Assembly: GCF_000189295.2 (NCBI RefSeq)
Contig: NC_016803.1
Span: forward strand, 780,001-812,000
Length of the DNA stretch: 32,000 bases
Reading direction: 5' to 3'
Source of the DNA: Pseudodesulfovibrio mercurii
Lineage (GTDB): Bacteria > Desulfobacterota > Desulfovibrionia > Desulfovibrionales > Desulfovibrionaceae
Shown here: positions 7,951 to 16,900 of the stretch, in pieces
Numbering within the stretch: the stretch's first letter is position 1
Layout: each line of letters opens with the position of its first letter
Translations under genes and position numbers: made by a program
The notes under the pieces: generated by a model
What the model saw: only the letters and a program-made list of their open reading frames with translations
Database searches by the model: none
Told to the model about the DNA's origin: nothing

Positions 7951-8916
7951 CTACACCATGCGGTTGACGGACATTTTTTCGAGCATGTTCAGGGCGAGTT
8001 GTTTTTCGGAGTCCATGCGGTCGGCCACGCTGCGGCGGACGCGGGCGGTGGAGGAGCCGAACTGGTCCTTGCGGGATTCGTAGACGCCCTTGATGAGCTG
8101 GGCGTTGAAGTCGTCTTCGCGGCCCTTGTTCAGGAACCGGTCGATGACCTTGTTGAAGATGTTGGCCGCGCCGGTGGGGCCGTGCTGGACCGAGGTGGAC
8201 CAGAGGACCTCCTGGAGCGCGGGCGGGGCGCTGTCGAAGTCGAGGCCGGTGCGTTCGAGGATCATGGTCCGGGCCGGATCGTAGGTCCGGCGGGCGATGA
8301 AGTCGTGCTGGACGGCGTTGAACCCGGCGGGATCTTCGGCGGCGATGGCCCGCCAGACGTTCGGCATGGCGCCTTGGGTGGAGCCGGTGTCGGTCGGTCC
8401 GGCCTCGCGCAGCCGGTCGGCCCAGTCCGGGCGTCGGCCGTCGAGGTAGGTCAAAAATTCGTCCATGGTGCCGGGTTTGGAGGCGATCTGGTAGGTCCCG
8501 TAGGAGGTCCCGCCCACGCGATCATAGCCCACGGCGGCCGCGCCGTCCGCGCCGGATTCGAAGCCTGCGGACAGGACGCCGGGCACATGGGCGTTGACGT
8601 CGGTCCGGGCGGTCTCGCGGACGGACTGCGCAGGGGCGGCGGAACGGGCGGGCGCGGCCTGGAGCCCGGCCTCGTCGCGCATGATCCGGGAGATGGCGGA
8701 CAGGGCCTCGAGCACCTGGGTGTCGTTGACCATGGAGACGTCGAAGGATTCGTTGTCCTCGTCCGGGTTGTCGGCCCCGTCGCCGAACAGGGCCTTGGTC
8801 ATGCGCATCTGGTTCTCGAAGGCGGCCTGCCGGGCCAGTTGTCCGGCGTCGCGCCCCGCTCCCGGGGTGCGCATTGCGTTCAGGGTCTCGTAACCGTCGA
8901 TCTTGCCGATGGACAT
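7951..8916 (-). CDS. Hypothetical protein; C-terminal domain possibly lysozyme-like / peptidoglycan-active (tentative)
   Basis: Track ORF trimmed to the ATG at 8916, with GGGAG 6 nt upstream. No signal peptide. Low-complexity acidic/Ala-rich linker. The C-terminal roughly 190 aa (GGTSYGTYQIASKPGTMDEFLTYL...LWSTSVQHGP...) resemble, from memory only, VgrG3-C-terminal/lysozyme-like domains. The sigma-54 promoter upstream supports expression. Confidence 0.6.
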   Translation of the reverse strand: MSIGKIDGYETLNAMRTPGAGRDAGQLARQAAFENQMRMTKALFGDGADNPDEDNESFDVSMVNDTQVLEALSAISRIMRDEAGLQAAPARSAAPAQSVRETARTDVNAHVPGVLSAGFESGADGAAAVGYDRVGGTSYGTYQIASKPGTMDEFLTYLDGRRPDWADRLREAGPTDTGSTQGAMPNVWRAIAAEDPAGFNAVQHDFIARRTYDPARTMILERTGLDFDSAPPALQEVLWSTSVQHGPTGAANIFNKVIDRFLNKGREDDFNAQLIKGVYESRKDQFGSSTARVRRSVADRMDSEKQLALNMLEKMSVNRMV

Positions 8917-8978
8917 GGGCTGCTCCCGCGCTGAAAACGTCAAAAAATTGGCCCCCAACAGGGGTGCGCAGGGAGGAA

Positions 8979-8995
8979 AGCAAGGGCTGTGCCTA
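8979..8995 (-). promoter_or_regulatory. Sigma-54 (-24/-12) promoter
   Basis: Minus strand reads TAGGCACAGCCCTTGCT, against the consensus TGGCAC-N5-TTGCW. GG and GC have exact spacing. Lies in the 108-nt gap between the mutY stop and the 321-aa gene, about 65 nt upstream of ATG 8916. Confidence 0.6.
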
Positions 8996-9024
8996 TGCGG
9001 GCAGCAGTCCGGAATGATGGGGAA

Positions 9025-10119
9025 TCAGGATTTGAACAGATGGGCGTAGCGCATGTCGGCGAGCATGCGGTCCACCAGCTTGCGGTGGCCCGACGGCAGG
9101 GCGTAGTTGGCCAGATCGGCCGGGGGCACGAACCCGCCCTTGACCGCCTCGTGGAAGACCGGGTCCACGGGGTCGCCGTCGTAGCGGCACAGGAAGCAGT
9201 CCATGGTCACGCGGTAGCGGGTGTAGCTGTAGCGGACCACGGTGATCTTTTCCACCGGCTCCACGGCCAGCTCGACCTCCTCGAGATATTCACGCCGCAG
9301 GGCCTGCTCCGGGGTCTCTCCCGGCTCGATGCAGCCGCCGGGGAACTCCCACAGGCCGGGCCAGACGTCGCCGGGTCTGCGCTTCTGGATGAGCACCCGG
9401 CCCCGGTGGACCAGGAAGCCGGTGGCCATGTCCACGCGGATGACCTGTTTGGCCTCGGGCAGGACCGGGCGCAGGGGCACCGTGCCCATCTCGTGGGCCC
9501 GGCAGAACGCGCGCACCGGGCACGCCTCGCAGCGCGGATTCTTGCGGCAGATGAGGGCTCCGAACTCCATGAGCGCCTGGTTGAAGTCGCCGGGCCGGTC
9601 CTCGGGGATGAGTCGCCGGACCGCGTCCTCGACCATGTTCCGCCCCGCCCTGTCGCGGACCGGGAGGTCCATGTCCAGGAGCCGGGCGAAGACGCGCAGG
9701 ACGTTGGCGTCCACGGCGATCTCGGCCTCCCCGAAGGCGATGGAGGCAACGGCCCCGGCGGTGTAGTCGCCCACGCCGGGGAGGGAGCGGATGTCGGAAA
9801 AGTCGGCGGGGAACTCGCCGTTGAAGTGGTCTTCGATCAGCACGGCGGCGCGGTGCAGGTTGCGGGCGCGGGAGTAGTAGCCGAGCCCTTCCCAGAGGTT
9901 CAGGACCTCCTCCTCATGGGCGTCGGCCAGGGAGCGGATGTCCGGGAAGCGGTCCATCCAGCGCTTGTAGTACTCGACCACGCGGTCCATCTGGGTCTGC
10001 TGGGCCATGATCTCCGAGACCCAGACCCGGTAGGGGCTGGGATCGCGCCGCCAGGGCAGGTCCCTGTGTTCGGCGTCGTACCATTGCAGCAATGCGCGCG
10101 TGAATCCGGTCTGGTCCAT
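9025..10119 (-). CDS. mutY: A/G-specific adenine DNA glycosylase MutY
   Basis: LLQWYDAEHRDLPWRR and VSEIMAQQTQ (HhH-GPD glycosylase). Four-Cys Fe-S loop CRKNPRCEACPVRAFC. C-terminal NUDIX-like domain (GLWEFPGG). Confidence 0.92.
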   Translation of the reverse strand: MDQTGFTRALLQWYDAEHRDLPWRRDPSPYRVWVSEIMAQQTQMDRVVEYYKRWMDRFPDIRSLADAHEEEVLNLWEGLGYYSRARNLHRAAVLIEDHFNGEFPADFSDIRSLPGVGDYTAGAVASIAFGEAEIAVDANVLRVFARLLDMDLPVRDRAGRNMVEDAVRRLIPEDRPGDFNQALMEFGALICRKNPRCEACPVRAFCRAHEMGTVPLRPVLPEAKQVIRVDMATGFLVHRGRVLIQKRRPGDVWPGLWEFPGGCIEPGETPEQALRREYLEEVELAVEPVEKITVVRYSYTRYRVTMDCFLCRYDGDPVDPVFHEAVKGGFVPPADLANYALPSGHRKLVDRMLADMRYAHLFKS

Positions 10120-10131
10120 GACCGGTCTTGT

Positions 10132-10878
10132 TTACTCCCCCTTGGCCTGGTTGGCAACCGCCTCGGCGGCCCTGGCCGCGGCCTCGGGGTCGCCCAGGTA
10201 GTAATGGCGCAGCGGGGTCAGGTCGTCGTTCAGCTCATAGACCAGGGGCAGCCCCGTGGGGATGTTCAGCTGGGTGATGGCCTCGTCGGACATGGTGTCC
10301 AGGTACTTTACCAGGCCGCGCAGGGAGTTGCCGTGGGCCACGATGAGGACCCGCCTGCCCGCCCGGACCTCCGGGGCGATGGTCTCGAACCAGTAGGGCA
10401 TGGTCCGTTCGATGGTCAGCTTGAGGCTCTCGCAGCGCGGCAGTTCCTCCGGGGCGAGGGAGGCGTAGCGCGGGTCGTTGCCGGGAAACCGGGGGTCGGA
10501 CGGGTCCAGCTCCGGCGGCGGGGTGTCGAAGCTGCGCCGCCAGACGAAAACCTGCTCGTCGCCGTACTTCCGGGCGGTCTCGGCCTTGTTCAGTCCCTGG
10601 AGCGCGCCGTAGTGGCGCTCGTTGAGCCGCCAGGTCTTGAAGACCGGCAGCCACATGAGGTCCATTTCGTCCTGGACCAGCCAGAGGGTGCGGATGGCCC
10701 GCCGAAGCAGCGAGGTGTGGGCCACGTCGAAGGTCAGCCCGGCCTCCTTGAGGAGCTTCGCGCCGTCCACGGCCTCGCGCACGCCCTGCTCGGTCAGGTC
10801 AACGTCGGTCCAGCCGGTGAACCGGTTCTCCAGGTTCCAGGCGCTCTGCCCGTGCCGGATCAATACCAATGTATGCAT
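10132..10878 (-). CDS. gpmA: 2,3-bisphosphoglycerate-dependent phosphoglycerate mutase
   Basis: [23 protein letters not shown] catalytic-His motif. 248 aa. GGAGG SD upstream. Confidence 0.95.
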   Translation of the reverse strand: MHTLVLIRHGQSAWNLENRFTGWTDVDLTEQGVREAVDGAKLLKEAGLTFDVAHTSLLRRAIRTLWLVQDEMDLMWLPVFKTWRLNERHYGALQGLNKAETARKYGDEQVFVWRRSFDTPPPELDPSDPRFPGNDPRYASLAPEELPRCESLKLTIERTMPYWFETIAPEVRAGRRVLIVAHGNSLRGLVKYLDTMSDEAITQLNIPTGLPLVYELNDDLTPLRHYYLGDPEAAARAAEAVANQAKGE

Positions 10879-10960
10879 GATGCCTCCGCTTCCTGTTCGG
10901 TTCGTGAAGCCGGAGCATAACCCGAGAACGGGATTCTTGGAAAGGGAGGGAGTGTGAAGA

Positions 10961-13621
10961 TCAGTACCGCTTGGGCGCTGCCTTGCGGATCTCCCTGTCG
11001 ATCTGGTCGAAGAGCTCGCGCTTGCGCCGGTCGAAGGTCAGGGCGCTCTTCACGGCGGCCACGGACACGCAGAGGATGCTCAGGATGATGACCAGCCCCT
11101 TGGATATCTCCCAGCGCTGGCTCGGGTCCTTGATGGCGTCCAGGATCATGTTGCCCTGGACGTTCTGGGTGAAATAAATGAGCGACGGCACGGCCACGAG
11201 CAGGAGGCCCAGGCCGATGAGTTCGAGCCAGATGAAGTTGCGCCCGAGCATGAGCACGAACAGGGTGGAGTCGCGGATGATGCGCAGGGTGACCAGCCGC
11301 TTTTGCAGGCTGTCGATGTGCTCCTCGATCTCCTCCACGAAGCGCAGGGACTTGCGGAAGTTGTCCGCATCCTGGAGGCGCTGGGTGCGGATCCAGTTGA
11401 TCTTGTCCACACAGTAGTTGAATTCCTTGTTGAATTCCAGGAGCAGCTTGGGGAACGGGAACCAGGCGGCCTCGCGCTGAATGTCGCGCACCCGGTCCGA
11501 AAGGTACTCGATATTAGCGTTGATGCGCTTGACCTCGCGCCGGATCTCGTCATCCAGGGCGAACTGGAACTTTTCCGCGCCCTTGAGCAGCTGGTGGTAG
11601 GCTACATAGTTGTTGGTCCGGGAGAAGTTGCGCAGCCGGTCCAGTTCCTCGTTGGCCGTCTCGAAATAGGGATGGGTCTCGTCGAACCGCTTGGAGATGT
11701 CGTCGGTCAGCGCCTCCACCTTCTTGCGCGTGGACTCCACCGAGAGTTCGGCCTCGTTCCACTTTTCCCACATGGCGCTCAGGAGCTGCACCCTGCCTCG
11801 GTCGAGTTCGGGGTCCACCAGGATGCGGTTGAAGATGTTCGGGTCCCGGGCCACCAGGTCGAACAGGGTGTCCATGGCCTGGCCGGTGAAGCCCATCTTG
11901 ACCATGCAGACCGCCTGCCGATAGACCGGCTGCAACCAGGTGGGCGACAGGGAATTGACCCGCTTGTAGGTGTTGATGGCGTCCTTGTAGTCGCCCTCCA
12001 CCTCCATGAGCCGGGCCTGCAGAAAAGCCATGCACCCCTGCTGCAACGGGGTGTAGCTCATGCGCTCGGCCTCCTGCCAGTGGAACATGGCCTGGTTGAC
12101 GTCGCCCTTCTCCAGGTACCAGTATCCCCACAGGGACTGGGGCTGGTAGCTCCTCGGGTACTTGGCCTGGGCCTCCTTGAGCAGCCCCTCGGCCGCGTCG
12201 AGGTCCCCCTTCTCGAGGCTCTCCATGGCGTCCCAGATGTAATCGCCCTCTTGGGGGGCGAGCTGCTTGAAGCCGTCCGCCCACTCCTTGCCCCGGCTGC
12301 GCCAGACCAGCTTCAGGGTGCGCAGCTGGACCGGCACGTCGATCTCGAAGACCGCGCGGGCCAGCAGGCTCTCCAGGTCGTTCCTGGACTCCATGACCTT
12401 GAGGATGGAAGCCACGAAATCCTCGGTGCTCACGTCCTTGTCCAGGCCGGCAAACCCGTCGGAGAACTGGGCGATGTCAGCCTTGGCCAGCAGCCGCCAG
12501 ACCTGGGGCTGCGGGGTGGCGATCCGCTTGCTCGGGCACTGGGAAGGCTTGTGGTTCTTGAGCCCGCAGTAGAAGCACTCGCGCCCGCCGTCCACGGCCA
12601 CCAGGGCGTTGGGCAGGGCCACCTGCATGGTCCCGTAGGCCCCGCCCTTGTCGCCGTCCTTGAGGGACAGGGTGCACCAGGAGTCCAGGGTGACCGGGCC
12701 CGCGCTGTAGCGCGCCTCGTTCATGCGGAACCACGGCGAGAGCAGGAACCCGTCCATGAAGCGCACGTGGGGATAGTCCGGAGTGAGCCGGTTCCAGTCC
12801 AGCCCCACCTTGCGCGGCAGGTCCGCGGTGAAATGCAGGTCGCCCTGGGGCACGGCGGCCATGACCACGGGCCAGTACTTCTTGTCCGGAGTCTCCTTGT
12901 CGTGCCGGATGAGATTCATCATCTCGGTGGTGAAGGACTTGAGCAGCCGGAAGCTGTCCAGGGGCAGGAAGAGCGCCCCCTCCTTGATGTCGGAGATGTA
13001 CTTGAGGCCGAGACGCTGCAACAGTTCGATGACATCGGTGGAGAAGTCGCGCCAGCCCAGGATGCTCTCCTTGTCCGACATGCGCCCCAGCGGCTTGATG
13101 ATGAAATACCAGCGCAGGGTGGACTCGTAGTCCAGCCCCTGGTCGGCCACCAGGCGAAGCCACTCCACGTTGGCCAGCCCGTCCGTGCGGCCGGCCGGTT
13201 CCGTGGACAGTCCGGGCACGGACTGGACCTGGGCCTTGAGCTTGGGGTGGATGACCACCTCGAACTCCATGGGCGAGGCCACGATCTGGCGGTCCAGCTC
13301 CACGGACAGGGACACGGAGTGCTCAAGGTCGTAGCCCGCCAGGAAGGTCAGGGGCACGAGCTGGCAGAAGACCGGCATGGGATTGACCCTGGCCCAGACC
13401 TGGAGCCGGGCGATGGCCCGGAAGACCTCGGTGGTGTTGCAATACCACAGGGCCTGCTCCGCCTCCTTGGCCACGCACAGGGCGCCGTATTCCTGGAGGG
13501 TGTTGTCCACCGCGCCGTGCAGGTCGCCCTTCCAGACCACCCAGATGCCGAAGCCGGAGGCCACCAGCCGGGACTGGCTGATGGCGGGAAGGGTATCCAG
13601 GAGCTTGGCTATGTTCGGCAC
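10961..13621 (-). CDS. Large multidomain protein: unknown N-terminal region, CCHC zinc knuckle, TPR-like repeats, coiled coil, C-terminal TM hairpin
   Basis: 886-aa ORF. GTG start with GAGGTG 5 nt upstream. [14 protein letters not shown] (aa 349-362, nt 12536-12577) fits CX2CX4HX4C. TPR-like segments run from about aa 470 to 600 (e.g. [21 protein letters not shown]). Long heptad-like region. Two hydrophobic helices near aa 785-850. Confidence 0.85.
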   Translation of the reverse strand: MPNIAKLLDTLPAISQSRLVASGFGIWVVWKGDLHGAVDNTLQEYGALCVAKEAEQALWYCNTTEVFRAIARLQVWARVNPMPVFCQLVPLTFLAGYDLEHSVSLSVELDRQIVASPMEFEVVIHPKLKAQVQSVPGLSTEPAGRTDGLANVEWLRLVADQGLDYESTLRWYFIIKPLGRMSDKESILGWRDFSTDVIELLQRLGLKYISDIKEGALFLPLDSFRLLKSFTTEMMNLIRHDKETPDKKYWPVVMAAVPQGDLHFTADLPRKVGLDWNRLTPDYPHVRFMDGFLLSPWFRMNEARYSAGPVTLDSWCTLSLKDGDKGGAYGTMQVALPNALVAVDGGRECFYCGLKNHKPSQCPSKRIATPQPQVWRLLAKADIAQFSDGFAGLDKDVSTEDFVASILKVMESRNDLESLLARAVFEIDVPVQLRTLKLVWRSRGKEWADGFKQLAPQEGDYIWDAMESLEKGDLDAAEGLLKEAQAKYPRSYQPQSLWGYWYLEKGDVNQAMFHWQEAERMSYTPLQQGCMAFLQARLMEVEGDYKDAINTYKRVNSLSPTWLQPVYRQAVCMVKMGFTGQAMDTLFDLVARDPNIFNRILVDPELDRGRVQLLSAMWEKWNEAELSVESTRKKVEALTDDISKRFDETHPYFETANEELDRLRNFSRTNNYVAYHQLLKGAEKFQFALDDEIRREVKRINANIEYLSDRVRDIQREAAWFPFPKLLLEFNKEFNYCVDKINWIRTQRLQDADNFRKSLRFVEEIEEHIDSLQKRLVTLRIIRDSTLFVLMLGRNFIWLELIGLGLLLVAVPSLIYFTQNVQGNMILDAIKDPSQRWEISKGLVIILSILCVSVAAVKSALTFDRRKRELFDQIDREIRKAAPKRY

Positions 13622-13697
13622 GGGTTCACCTCACGCCCTGCGGCGGTCGTTCTCAACGGAAAAAGGCGCGGCGCGGGGGAAACCCGCCCGGCATGCG

Positions 13698-14558
13698 CTA
13701 ACGCAACGTATTCAAGGGAATTTCTTTCCCCTCGCGGACCATGCAAAACAGGTTCCAAACATGCTGCGCCTCATCGGTTTTGCCTCGTTTTTCGCACCCT
13801 TGCATGTAAATCTCGACCTTGCGCCCCAAGGAATCCAGGGCCAGGTCCCGCTGCTTTTCGTCAAGTTTTCGACTTTGCAGGATTTTTACCAGAGCCCGGA
13901 TGCGGTGCAGATCGGCGCAGGGCACGCACACGGAGAGCTGGTCCGGCCGGCCGCCGTGCTTCAGGGTCAGGGGCTCGCGGACCAGCCCCACCGGGAAATG
14001 CAGGCAGGCGCGCAGCCACATGTCGAAGTCCTCGCAGGACGGCATGGCCGTATCGAAGGGGCCCATGACCTCCCAGGCCCGGCGGGTGAACATGGTGCAC
14101 GACGGGCTGATCAGGCACATCTCCAGCGAGGCCTCGAAGAACCACCCCTCGGGCTTGGCGTAGCGCGCGGGCTGGTTGACCCGCTTGCCGCCCCGGTACC
14201 AGATCTCCTCGGTCTGGCAGATCTCGTAGCCGTGCTCGGCCATGTAGGCGAGTTGGGTCTCGAGCTTGCCCGGCAACCACTCGTCGTCGGAGTCCAGCAG
14301 GGCCGCCACCTCGCCCTCGCACTCGGCCAGGCCGGTGTTGCGCGCCCCGGACACCCCCTGGTTCTCCTGGCGGCGGTAGTGGATGCGCGGGTCGTCGTAG
14401 CGGGCCACCACCGCCTCGGTGCCGTCGGTGGAGCCGTCGTCGATGATCCGGCACTCCCAGCGGCCGTAGGTCTGGGCCAGGACGGATTCGAGCGCCCTGC
14501 CGAGGTATTCCGCCCGGTTGTAGGTGGGCAGGATGATGGAGACCAGAGAGTTTTTCAT
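13698..14558 (-). CDS. Glycosyltransferase family 2
   Basis: Track ORF trimmed to the ATG at 14558. VSIILPTYNRAEYLGRALESVLAQTY and a DDGSTD motif are typical of GT-A / GT2 enzymes. Confidence 0.85.
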   Translation of the reverse strand: MKNSLVSIILPTYNRAEYLGRALESVLAQTYGRWECRIIDDGSTDGTEAVVARYDDPRIHYRRQENQGVSGARNTGLAECEGEVAALLDSDDEWLPGKLETQLAYMAEHGYEICQTEEIWYRGGKRVNQPARYAKPEGWFFEASLEMCLISPSCTMFTRRAWEVMGPFDTAMPSCEDFDMWLRACLHFPVGLVREPLTLKHGGRPDQLSVCVPCADLHRIRALVKILQSRKLDEKQRDLALDSLGRKVEIYMQGCEKRGKTDEAQHVWNLFCMVREGKEIPLNTLR

Positions 14559-14630
14559 GTACCGGAACCCTTGCCTTCGCCGTCGCGAACTGTCATGTTG
14601 TGTATCCAACAGTCCACCCAGGCGCAATCA

Positions 14631-15740
14631 ATGAGAATATTTCAAGTCATCAACGTCCGCTGGTTCAACGCGACCGCGTGGTACGCCATCACCCTGAGCA
14701 GACTCCTGGCCGACGCGGGCCACGAGGTCCTGGTCCTGACCCAGGCCGGGACCCAGGCCGAACAGGCGGCCCGGGACGCCGGGCTCGACACCGTGGCCGT
14801 GGACCTGAACACCACCAACCCCGTGCGCTTCGCCGCTGCCGCAAGGCATATCATACAACTGTTGCGCGCGCACCGTCCGGATATCGTCAACTGCCACCGG
14901 GGGGAAGGCTTTTTCCTGTGGGGGCTGCTCAAGCTCTTCGGCTTCCACTATCGGCTGGTGCGCACGCGCGGCGACCAGCGCCCGCCCCGCTCCGACGCGA
15001 TCAACCGCTGGCTGCACGCGGGCGTGGCCGACGCCGTGGTGGTCACCAACCGTCGCATGGCCGACTACTTCCTGCACAAGATGCGCACGCCGGGCCACGG
15101 GGTGTGGCTCATCCACGGCGGCGTGGACACCGCGAAATTCCGCTTCGACCCGGAGGGGCGCGAGCGCATCCGGAAGGAGTTCGGCTTCGGCCCCGACGAC
15201 CTGGTGGTCGGCCTGCTCGGCCGTTTCGACCGGGTCAAGGGGCACCAGGAGACCATCCGGGCCGTGGCCGCACTGCGCAAGCAGGGACTCGCCGACATCC
15301 GCCTGTTCCTCATCGGCTTCGACACGGCCATGACCACGGATCAGATCGAGGCGCACATCCGCGAGGCCGGAGTCGGGGACATCACCCGCATCAGCGGGCG
15401 ACGCGACGACGTGGCCGACTGCATCAGCGCCCTGGACATCGGCGTGGTCGCCTCCCTGTGGTCCGAGGCCATCGCCCGCTCGGCCCTGGAGATCATGGCC
15501 GAGGACCGGCCGCTGGTGTCAACGAACGTGGGAGTCATGCCCGACCTGGTGGACGCGGCCGTGCTGGTCGAGCCCGGCGACGTGAACGGACTGGCCGGGG
15601 CCATCCGAAGCGTGGCCACGGACCAGGACGTGCGCGAGCGGGTCCTGGCCGCCCAGAAGCGGACCATGTCCCAGCTGACCCTGGACGAATTTCTCAAGCG
15701 TTCCCTCAACCTCTACCAGAGCCTGCTGGACGGGGACTGA
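14631..15740 (+). CDS. Glycosyltransferase family 4 (GT-B fold)
   Basis: Real gene inside track ORF 13377..15740, starting at ATG 14631 (MRIFQVINVRWFNATAWY). E-x7-E motif in SEAIARSALEIMA. Divergent from the GT2 gene across a 72-nt spacer. Confidence 0.85.
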   Translation: MRIFQVINVRWFNATAWYAITLSRLLADAGHEVLVLTQAGTQAEQAARDAGLDTVAVDLNTTNPVRFAAAARHIIQLLRAHRPDIVNCHRGEGFFLWGLLKLFGFHYRLVRTRGDQRPPRSDAINRWLHAGVADAVVVTNRRMADYFLHKMRTPGHGVWLIHGGVDTAKFRFDPEGRERIRKEFGFGPDDLVVGLLGRFDRVKGHQETIRAVAALRKQGLADIRLFLIGFDTAMTTDQIEAHIREAGVGDITRISGRRDDVADCISALDIGVVASLWSEAIARSALEIMAEDRPLVSTNVGVMPDLVDAAVLVEPGDVNGLAGAIRSVATDQDVRERVLAAQKRTMSQLTLDEFLKRSLNLYQSLLDGD

Positions 15741-15746
15741 TCCCGG

Positions 15747-16670
15747 TCAGCCGCCGAAGAGTTCGCGGGTCTTGGCGATGCGGTCGGCCACGGCCAGCAC
15801 GGTCAGGGCGTAACTCTCGGAGTGGTTGTAGCGGTAGATGACCTTGAGCTTCTGCTCTTCTGTCATGGAATCCTTCCAGCCGTGCTCGGCCACGAAGTTG
15901 GCCATGGAGTACAGGGCGTCGCGGGTCTCGAAGAGGTCCACGCGCCCGTCCCCGGAACCATCCCGGCCGTAGTGCTCGGCGCTGGTGGGCATGAACTGGC
16001 ACAGGCCGATGGCCCCGTACACGGAGCTGCGGATGGTCAGCGGGTCCTGGCCCGTGCCCTTGGCGTAGCGGATGAGCGCCTTGAGTTCCTCGTAGGCCCA
16101 ATCGCCCTTTTCCCGCGTTCGCTTGCGCAGCCAGTCCAGGGTCTCGGGGGAGAGGTCCGTGCGCTCCATGCGGTCGCGGATGAATTCGAAATCCCCGGCC
16201 AGTGCCATGGAGGCCAGGATGGCGAACCCGTTGTAATCGCCCACGGTCATGCCCAGGCGCGATTCCAGGAGCATGAGCGCGGTCAGGACCTCGCCCGGCA
16301 CCCCGTACTTCTCGTGGATCAGGGTCAGGTCGGCCCTGTGCTCGCGGTAGAAGGCGTAGGCCCCGGCGATGAGCAGCGGGTTGAGGTAGCGGTCCATAAC
16401 CTGGGGCTCGGGCTGAGGCCCCGGCTCCTGGGCGGACAGCCGGGTGTTGAGCAGGACGTTCATCTTGCGGGCCATGATCTCGGGCTGGAACTCGAGGTCC
16501 GGGCTGGAAAAGAAATAGGCGACCTTGCGCCGCTCGAAGCCGTCCCCGGACAGGCGGTCCACCAGGGGGTCCCACACGGACCCGGCCACAGCCGGTCTCG
16601 CCGCCCAAAACGCCCCGAGGCAACAAATAAAAACGGCGGCCAACGTCGTTTCGATGGCCGCGCGTTTCAT
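15747..16670 (-). CDS. Lytic murein transglycosylase, MltB-like
   Basis: Trimmed to ATG 16670 (MKRAAIETTLAAVFICCLGAFWA signal sequence). GAIGLCQFMPTS motif of the MltB/SLT_2 family. Confidence 0.82.
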   Translation of the reverse strand: MKRAAIETTLAAVFICCLGAFWAARPAVAGSVWDPLVDRLSGDGFERRKVAYFFSSPDLEFQPEIMARKMNVLLNTRLSAQEPGPQPEPQVMDRYLNPLLIAGAYAFYREHRADLTLIHEKYGVPGEVLTALMLLESRLGMTVGDYNGFAILASMALAGDFEFIRDRMERTDLSPETLDWLRKRTREKGDWAYEELKALIRYAKGTGQDPLTIRSSVYGAIGLCQFMPTSAEHYGRDGSGDGRVDLFETRDALYSMANFVAEHGWKDSMTEEQKLKVIYRYNHSESYALTVLAVADRIAKTRELFGG

Positions 16671-16689
16671 GCGCCGTTCGGGCTTTTTC

Positions 16690-16857
16690 TCAAATCCGGT
16701 CCATGGGCACAAACCCCATTTCCTCCTCGAAGTCCTCGTCCATTCTGGAGGAGAACTCCCTGAGATCGTAGACCTTGCCGCAGGATGGGCACTTCAGCGT
16801 GACCTCACGGCATCCCCGGTAGGCGGTCAGGTCGAGACCGCACTTCTCGCACTCCAT
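16690..16857 (-). CDS. Small zinc-ribbon protein with two CXXC pairs
   Basis: 55-aa reading frame MECEKCGLDLTAYRGCREVTLKCPSCGKVYDL... with an acidic tail. GC3-rich codons. Fits exactly between tolC (43-nt gap) and the mltB-like gene (19-nt gap). SD is weak. Confidence 0.55.
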   Translation of the reverse strand: MECEKCGLDLTAYRGCREVTLKCPSCGKVYDLREFSSRMDEDFEEEMGFVPMDRI

Positions 16858-16900
16858 GCCCCTGGCCTGCCAGGTGCGCTTGCGGCCGGAGAACACGGTG

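Noticed and set aside
11303-14068. Very long ORFs antisense to real genes. Examples: 11303..14068 (921 aa), 8989..10920 (643 aa), 16856..18241 (461 aa), 3673..5019 (448 aa), 6229..7566 (445 aa), 28662..29954 (430 aa), 25086..26360 (424 aa).
   Set aside because: Each lies opposite a gene with clear family motifs. Their translations are Gly/Val/His/Asp/Arg/Pro-rich low-information sequence, typical of stop-poor antisense frames in GC-rich DNA. None has an SD or recognisable motif.
14563-14575. GGAACCCTTGCC in the divergent glycosyltransferase spacer, considered as a sigma-54 -24/-12 element.
   Set aside because: Only 2 nt separate GGAAC from TTGC instead of the required 5, so the GG-to-GC distance is wrong.
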